From contig CAZNIQ010000001.1 in NCBI GenBank assembly GCA_964573185.1, positions 1-7,760 on the forward strand: DNA of 7,760 nucleotides, in the 5' to 3' direction. The position numbers and the translations under genes are program-made. Numbering within the stretch: the stretch's first letter is position 1; each line of letters opens with the position of its first letter. A model generated the notes under the pieces. The model was not told the DNA's origin, ran no database searches, and saw nothing but the letters and a program-made list of their open reading frames with translations. Origin of the DNA: Candidatus Woesearchaeota archaeon (lineage in GTDB: Archaea; Nanobdellota; Nanobdellia; Nanobdellales; CAZNIQ01). Shown piece after piece: positions 5,283-7,760 of this stretch.

Positions 5283-5659
5283 AATTGCTAAAGGAATTCT
5301 TGAAGGTAAATGCCTTAATTTTTTCCATTCTTTTTATTTTTAATTTAATTCAAACTTTTGTAAATATAGAACAGATTTTAATAAACGTCAATAATATTAC
5401 AGGCATCCTTATTTCAGCAATACTTGGTGGAATTTTAATAGGAAATCCGAGTGTTTCTTATGTAATTGGTTACAAATTATTGAATTTAGGAGTACATCCT
5501 TGCATTGTAGGGACTTTTGTTTTAGCTTGGCTAACGGTAGGATTTCTTAACATACCTATAGAAGCAAAATATTTTGGAATTAAGTTTAGTATAAAGAAAA
5601 ATGCTTTATTCTTTGCGTTAGCAATAATATTTGGAATAATATGCTGGCTGATATATTAA
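5279..5659 (+). CDS. Small integral membrane protein, about 4 TM; half-size permease-like, partner 1.
   Basis: The 126-aa protein has four hydrophobic segments, at about aa 10-28, 40-55, 75-90 and 109-126. Its motif string GNP...YKLL...IP...GIK is colinear with the next gene's. It may be distantly related to the COG0701/DUF318-type 'predicted permease' repeat unit, which I have not verified. It overlaps the upstream gene by 4 nt and the downstream gene by 19 nt. Confidence 0.65.
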   Translation: MKLLKEFLKVNALIFSILFIFNLIQTFVNIEQILINVNNITGILISAILGGILIGNPSVSYVIGYKLLNLGVHPCIVGTFVLAWLTVGFLNIPIEAKYFGIKFSIKKNALFFALAIIFGIICWLIY

Positions 5660-6048
5660 TAAAAACTATACACGATTATTTGAGGATATTTCCATTTATA
5701 GTACTAGCATATATTTTAATTTATCTACTAAGAAAATTTAAAATAAAACAATATGCGAAGAAAGTCAAAAACAAAATACTATTGGCTTACGTTTTAGGGA
5801 TACTTTCTCATGGTCCTATTTACGCATGGTACCCCTTACTGAAGGAATTGGAATTCTCCGAAGAGGAACTTCTAGCTTTCTTTTACTTAAGAGGAATAAA
5901 GCTACCGCAAATACCATTACAAATAGCTTTACTAGGATTAAAGTTAACATTATTATTAAATTCGTATCTTCTTATAGTACCTTTTCTATTTCTTATTAAA
6001 GATTTAAAAAGTATTAAATTAAAGAAAGAAAGTGCTCTTCGGAAATAG
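5641..6048 (+). CDS. Small integral membrane protein, about 4 TM; half-size permease-like, partner 2.
   Basis: The 135-aa protein has hydrophobic segments at about aa 16-30, 46-63, 90-106 and 108-119. Its motif string HGP...YPLL...IP...GLK falls at nearly the same offsets as in the preceding protein. It starts with ATG and overlaps its neighbours by 19 nt and 17 nt. Confidence 0.65.
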   Translation: MLADILIKTIHDYLRIFPFIVLAYILIYLLRKFKIKQYAKKVKNKILLAYVLGILSHGPIYAWYPLLKELEFSEEELLAFFYLRGIKLPQIPLQIALLGLKLTLLLNSYLLIVPFLFLIKDLKSIKLKKESALRK

Positions 6049-6688
6049 AGTTCTATATGCTGGGTGTATGTACAAATTTGCATTGAAGGACAAATTTGAA
6101 GGATACAGAAAGTTACTACAGAGATATATGGATATAATCATCTTGCCAGAAGAATTTTGTTGCGGGAGACCCGTTATGAATTTAGGGTATTTGGATGATT
6201 ATAAAGAGCTCGTTAAAAGGAATTTTGAGCTATTTAAAAAGTACAATGTTAAAGAAATAATTTGTCCTTGTCCAGCTTGCTATAAAACCTTTAAAGAAGA
6301 ATATCCAAAAATACTCGGTAATAAATGGAAAATAAAAGTAAAGCATGTGTCCGAAGTTTTATTAGAATTGGCTAAAAAAGGAAAGCTAAAGAAAAAAGAC
6401 GTAAAGAAAGTTATATATCATAAAAATTGCCATTTAAGGGATACAAATTTTGTAGAAGAATTATTGAAGGAATTAAAAATTGAATATACTATCTTAAATG
6501 GTTGTTGTGGTGCTGGTGGAGGATTTAGAGCAAACTTTCCTGAAATAGCTAGAGAAATAGCTTGGAAATTAACAGAAGGCTTAAGAGGCACCATTCTTAC
6601 TGCTTGTCCAATGTGTTATTATCATTTAAGAGAAAGTACTTGCAGATGTAGGCTGGAAATTTTAGATTTAATTGATATAGTCCTATGA
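6032..6688 (+). CDS. (Fe-S)-binding protein with two CCG cysteine-rich domains; LutA / HdrB / GlpC-like (COG0247-like).
   Basis: There are two copies of the CCG-domain cysteine pattern. The first is C12...C43-C44-G...C78/C80..C83 (FCCGRP...CPCPAC). The second is C133...C158-C159-G...C192..C195 (GCCGAGGG...CPMC). The N-terminus RVLYAGC resembles the usual KVALFxxC start of LutA-type proteins. That supports the GTG start at 6032, since no in-frame ATG precedes this motif. Confidence 0.88.
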   Translation: MLFGNRVLYAGCMYKFALKDKFEGYRKLLQRYMDIIILPEEFCCGRPVMNLGYLDDYKELVKRNFELFKKYNVKEIICPCPACYKTFKEEYPKILGNKWKIKVKHVSEVLLELAKKGKLKKKDVKKVIYHKNCHLRDTNFVEELLKELKIEYTILNGCCGAGGGFRANFPEIAREIAWKLTEGLRGTILTACPMCYYHLRESTCRCRLEILDLIDIVL

Positions 6689-7760
6689 TGAAAGTTCGTT
6701 CTATAAGAGAAAAAGTTCTTGAAAACTTATTTTACTATTTAGATAAAGCTAAAGAAAATTTAGAGAAAAATGGATGTTACGTTTATGAAGCTAAAGATTC
6801 TAAAGAAGCTTTAAAAATAATTAAAGAATTAGTAGGAGAAGAAAAGTTAGTTTTAAAATCCAAAACAAATGTTGGGAAAGAGATACATTTAAAAGAAGAG
6901 TTAAGAAAGAGCGGGATTGAAATAATTGAAACGGATTGTGGTGACTTTATTATAGATTGCTTAGGACTTGAAGGAAATCATCCAGTAATTCCTTGCTATG
7001 GATTAACTTTAGAAAAAATTGCTGAAGGATTGTCTAAAAAATTGGGAGTAAAAGTAGAGCCGAATCCAGAGTCTATAGTAAATGCTGTTAGAAATTATGT
7101 AAAAAGCAAGTTAAATGAAGCAAAAATTGGAATTACTGGAGCCAATGCCATTTCTTCTGAAGGATCTATATTCCTTGTTGAAAATGAAGGAAACATATCT
7201 TTTGTTTCTAGATTGGAAAAGCATATTGTTTTGGCTGGTATTGAAAAAGTAAATCCTACAGATGAAGATTGCATAAAAATATGTAAAGCGCAAGCAGAGG
7301 CATTAGGAATTCCGTGGACTTATATAAACGTTATTTCAGGACCAAGTAAAACAGGAGATATTCCGAATACTATAGTTAAAGGAATGTATGGAGCAAAAGA
7401 AGTACATGTAATTTTCTTAGATAATGGAAGAAGAAAATTATATGAGTCTGAATTTAGAGAAATATTGATGTGTCTTGGATGCGGGGCTTGTCTATTAGAA
7501 TGTCCTGTATTTAATATTCTATTAGGAGAATTGGGATTTGAACATAAAGGAGTAAGAGGAATAATACTACAATTCTTTCAAAAAGAATTAAGTGATATTT
7601 TCAAAAAAGCATATTATTGCATATGCTGTGGGAGGTGTAAGGATAGATGTCCCGTAGAACTAGATATCCCAGAATTAGTAAGAAAAATGAGATATAAATT
7701 AATAAAAGCTGGTTTAGAAACAGAAGTGAACAAAAAAATGATAGAGAAAATAAGAAAATA
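6685..7760 (+). CDS. LutB-like iron-sulfur protein (LUD/DUF162 domain plus a 2x[4Fe-4S] ferredoxin domain, COG1139-like). The 3' end runs off the right window edge.
   Basis: My translation from the ATG at 6685 is open to the window end, about 358 codons. It begins MMKVRSIREKVLENL and contains GITGANAISSEGSIFLVENEGN, the LUD-domain hallmark. Two CxxCxxCxxxCP motifs follow: CLGCGACLLECP (7471..7506) and CICCGRCKDRCP (7618..7653). The start overlaps the previous stop (ATGA). It is absent from the ORF track because no stop lies within the window. Confidence 0.9.
   Translation, partial: MMKVRSIREKVLENLFYYLDKAKENLEKNGCYVYEAKDSKEALKIIKELVGEEKLVLKSKTNVGKEIHLKEELRKSGIEIIETDCGDFIIDCLGLEGNHPVIPCYGLTLEKIAEGLSKKLGVKVEPNPESIVNAVRNYVKSKLNEAKIGITGANAISSEGSIFLVENEGNISFVSRLEKHIVLAGIEKVNPTDEDCIKICKAQAEALGIPWTYINVISGPSKTGDIPNTIVKGMYGAKEVHVIFLDNGRRKLYESEFREILMCLGCGACLLECPVFNILLGELGFEHKGVRGIILQFFQKELSDIFKKAYYCICCGRCKDRCPVELDIPELVRKMRYKLIKAGLETEVNKKMIEKIRK

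Noticed and set aside
5883-6083. 66-aa minus-strand ORF from the track.
   Set aside because: It is antisense across the junction of the second membrane protein gene and the LutA-like gene. It has no motifs and conflicts with two well-packed plus-strand genes.
7111-7293. 60-aa minus-strand ORF from the track.
   Set aside because: It is antisense to the LUD domain of the LutB-like gene; the GITGANAISSEGSIFLVENEGN motif is encoded here on the plus strand.
1-7760. Scan for CRISPR repeats, tRNA/rRNA-like structured GC-rich islands, IS termini or transposases, and integrase or att-like direct repeats.
   Set aside because: No regularly spaced direct repeats and no GC-rich structured segments were seen. 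Only about 130 nt of the window is non-coding (690..741, 3562..3566, 4953..5027). None of the proteins resembles a transposase, an integrase or a Cas protein.

Overview
The window is very AT-rich and almost entirely coding. I read 13 protein genes, two of them cut by the window edges and therefore missing from the ORF track. I found no rRNA, tRNA, CRISPR array, IS element or transposase. It looks archaeal and probably thermophilic: an archaeal-type Pth2, K/E/I-rich proteins, AGA/AGG/ATA codon bias, and TATA-like boxes about 26 nt upstream of first-gene ATGs, which suggests leaderless mRNAs. All family assignments come from motifs I recognised by eye; no database search was run.

The genes form two modules, each built around a short divergent control region.

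Module A (1..4291):
- A LolD/MacB-type ABC ATPase lies on the minus strand.
- It is divergent from a plus-strand chain of an AbrB/SpoVT-like regulator, a 456-aa surface protein, a MacB/FtsX-type permease, pth2 and a 126-aa orphan.
- The surface protein has a signal peptide, four tandem beta-sandwich-like repeats of about 100 aa, and a C-terminal TM anchor.

Module B (4288..7760):
- A NifX/NifB-like (Nitro_FeMo-Co family) gene and a DUF134-type HTH gene lie on the minus strand.
- They are divergent from a tightly overlapping plus-strand chain: a DUF5320-like coiled-coil protein, two mutually similar half-size membrane proteins, a LutA-like protein with two CCG domains, and a LutB-like LUD/4Fe-4S protein.

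The most noteworthy points are in module B:
- A perfect 28-bp palindrome has arms that are the two divergent TATA boxes.
- An [R/M]-G-W-x-W tryptophan motif sits on the termini of all three small soluble proteins.
- The poorly characterised NifX-like/DUF134/DUF5320 triad is joined in one locus to a split permease and a LutAB-like Fe-S oxidoreductase.

Module A is a second candidate for an uncharacterised system, pairing a MacB-type transporter with an anchored multi-domain surface partner.
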